NCBI GenBank assembly: GCA_965178125.1
Contig: OZ237767.1
Coordinates: 434,001-498,000, forward strand
Direction: 5' to 3'
Length of the DNA: 64,000 nt
Source of the DNA: Bilabrum cf. latius
Taxonomy: Eukaryota
Within the stretch, counting starts at the first letter, position 1. Every line of letters starts with the position of its first letter. Shown here in pieces: positions 62,401 to 64,000 of this stretch. Below the pieces are notes generated by a model that searched no databases, had not been told where the DNA came from, and worked only from the letters and a program-made list of their open reading frames with translations. Both the position numbers and the translations under genes were made by a program.

Positions 62401-63999
62401 GTCCATCCTGGGTTGGATCTCGTCCAGCTCTCGCTACAGGGTGAGGCTGCCTGCCTCCGAGGTAGACAGCTCCTGCTGGGCCTGCTTGAGCTGCTTGCGG
62501 ATCTCTTTGAGCTCCTGCTGGGCCGCCTTTTCCTTGTCCTTGGTCTTGCCAATGGCTTGCTCGACCTTCTTGAGCTTCTTCCTGGTCTTCTTGAGTTCCT
62601 CCTTGTCCTGCTCCGCGCTCGACACGAGGTCTCTCATCCGGATGAACTGCGCCTCGGAGCGCCGGAGCTTGGCCTCCGCCTGCTCCGCCCGCTTGGCGGA
62701 GTCATCCAGCTTCGCCTGCTTCCTCCGTAGCACGCGCAGCTCCTCCTTCGCCTCTTGCAGAGAATCTTCCGCCTGCCGAGCGCGCCTCACCGCCGCCCGT
62801 TTGTCTGCCAGCGCCTTCTCATGCTTCCTCGCGGCCTCCCTAGCCCGCTCGTTGGCTACCTGTCTGGAGTGCTCGGCGTCGTCTAGCACGCTGTTCACCT
62901 GCATCTGCATCGCGTACATGTCTCCCGGCATTGCCCCAGACATGTCAGAGTACCCCTGCGGAGACTCATCTTCCTCCGTATCGGACCCGTCGTTTTCCTC
63001 TTCTTCTGCTCCGTCATCTTCCCGAGCCTAGAGCTCATCTTCCAAGAGACCACTGGGTTGCGCTCCTGTCCCTTCGCTCCCCTGGCCCCCTCCCCCTTGC
63101 CCTCCCCGTGCCTCGCCGCCAACAAACACCGCCTCCCTTGCAGATGCCTCGATGGCCGCCTGCAGCTCGTCACCCCACCCCACGTCCTCGTCGCCATCGC
63201 CCTCGCCCCCCGCCCCCCAGTGGGCTTGGCTTGGGCTGCCGTCGCTCTCGCCCCTCCCGTGCAGCATCGGCTGCTGCAGCGAGTACGATTCGTCCTCCTC
63301 TTCGTACTCGTCATCCTCCACGTCATGCAGCTGACCGATGGACGGGGCCTACACCCCCTGGCCCCCCACGTCCGCGATCACGTCGTCCCACAGTGAGTCG
63401 AACCGGCCTGGGCTCGCGGAGGCCAGCCCTGCCTCGCCTGTCCGCGAGCTTGCGCCCGCACCCGCCCCAGTGCCCGCCCCGCTGGCCGGCAGCGGAGGTG
63501 TCACTCCCCTCTCGCTTCCCCCGGCAGTGCTGGGGGTAGCCACTCTGGTCCCACCCTCCGGATCCTCGGCCCCAGGCTGGTGCTGCTCATGGCTCGGGAG
63601 TGGCTGGGGCTAGGGCCCGGCAAGAGGACGCTCGTCGCTGCTGGCCTCCGGGGTGGCGGGTGAACCCGCGGCCTGGGCGGGTTCGCGCGCTCGAGAGTGT
63701 TGCTCAATATGCGAGCTAGATACTGGCCGCTCGGAGTGGCTTGGTGGCTCTTCGTTCTCCGCACCGGCAGCCCCGGCGCACTGGGCAAGTGCTCGCGCCC
63801 CAGATGACTCCAATCGGCCCTGCGCTCCACCACCGTCGCCATCCACCGCATTGCTAGAATTTTCTTGTGCGTCATGCTCTGGATTGGGCTGGAGCCATGC
63901 GGACGGGTCTACCACCCCGTGGTCTTCCAAGTCTGAACCATCGGAACCCGAATCAGCGAACGAGTTGTCTTCATACAAGTCGTCGTCGCTCGCAGACAT
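59479..63999 (-). CDS. Ser/Thr protein kinase (PINK1-like kinase domain) with acidic N-terminus and coiled coil, ~1506 aa
   Basis: Eight track ORFs in one frame joined by TAG. GRGQNGAV, ALKVLFNY, HRNIIRL, HRDMKLDN, LIDLGEC, GGNQEHLAPEV; ends TGA 59479. ATG is at the window edge, so the true start could lie outside. Confidence 0.88.
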
Positions 64000-64000
64000 T

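Noticed and set aside
1-64000. Interpreting the TAG-broken ORFs as mass pseudogenisation or sequencing error
   Set aside because: Interruptions are exclusively TAG, with no frameshifts or internal TAA (the single TGA in the retroelement aside). They occur in otherwise intact conserved genes and map to Gln positions.
1-64000. Recoded phage or prokaryote (table 15) or pyrrolysine use
   Set aside because: Spliceosomal introns and eukaryote-specific genes (ATG3) show a nuclear genome; no Pyl machinery was seen and the conserved sites indicate Gln.
1-64000. tRNA-Gln(CUA), rRNA or virophage/Polinton genes
   Set aside because: None recognised by eye; no AT-rich viral island is present. A covariance-model search would be needed to exclude small RNAs.

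Overview
GC-rich, gene-dense eukaryotic nuclear DNA from a protist. It has GT-AG spliceosomal introns, EMG1, ATG3 and COQ8. The Ala/Gly-rich proteins and an Ngaro element are reminiscent of bicosoecid stramenopiles such as Cafeteria, but the taxon cannot be fixed from this window. The main signal is a non-standard nuclear genetic code. Long reading frames are broken only by in-frame TAG, and every reconstructed gene ends in TGA or TAA. TAG falls on invariant Gln positions (GH32 YHLFN*YNP, COQ8 LLSI*DD, paralog VLG*ALS vs VLGQALS), so UAG appears to encode Gln while UAA stays a stop. With TAG=Gln the fragmented ORF track collapses into about 20 host genes. There is also an intact-looking 6.9-kb Ngaro-type tyrosine-recombinase retrotransposon with A1..B1-A2-B2 split direct repeats. 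It uses the recoded TAG itself and has inserted cleanly into one of two tandem paralogous host genes. All translations and motif calls were made by eye; no database search was run.
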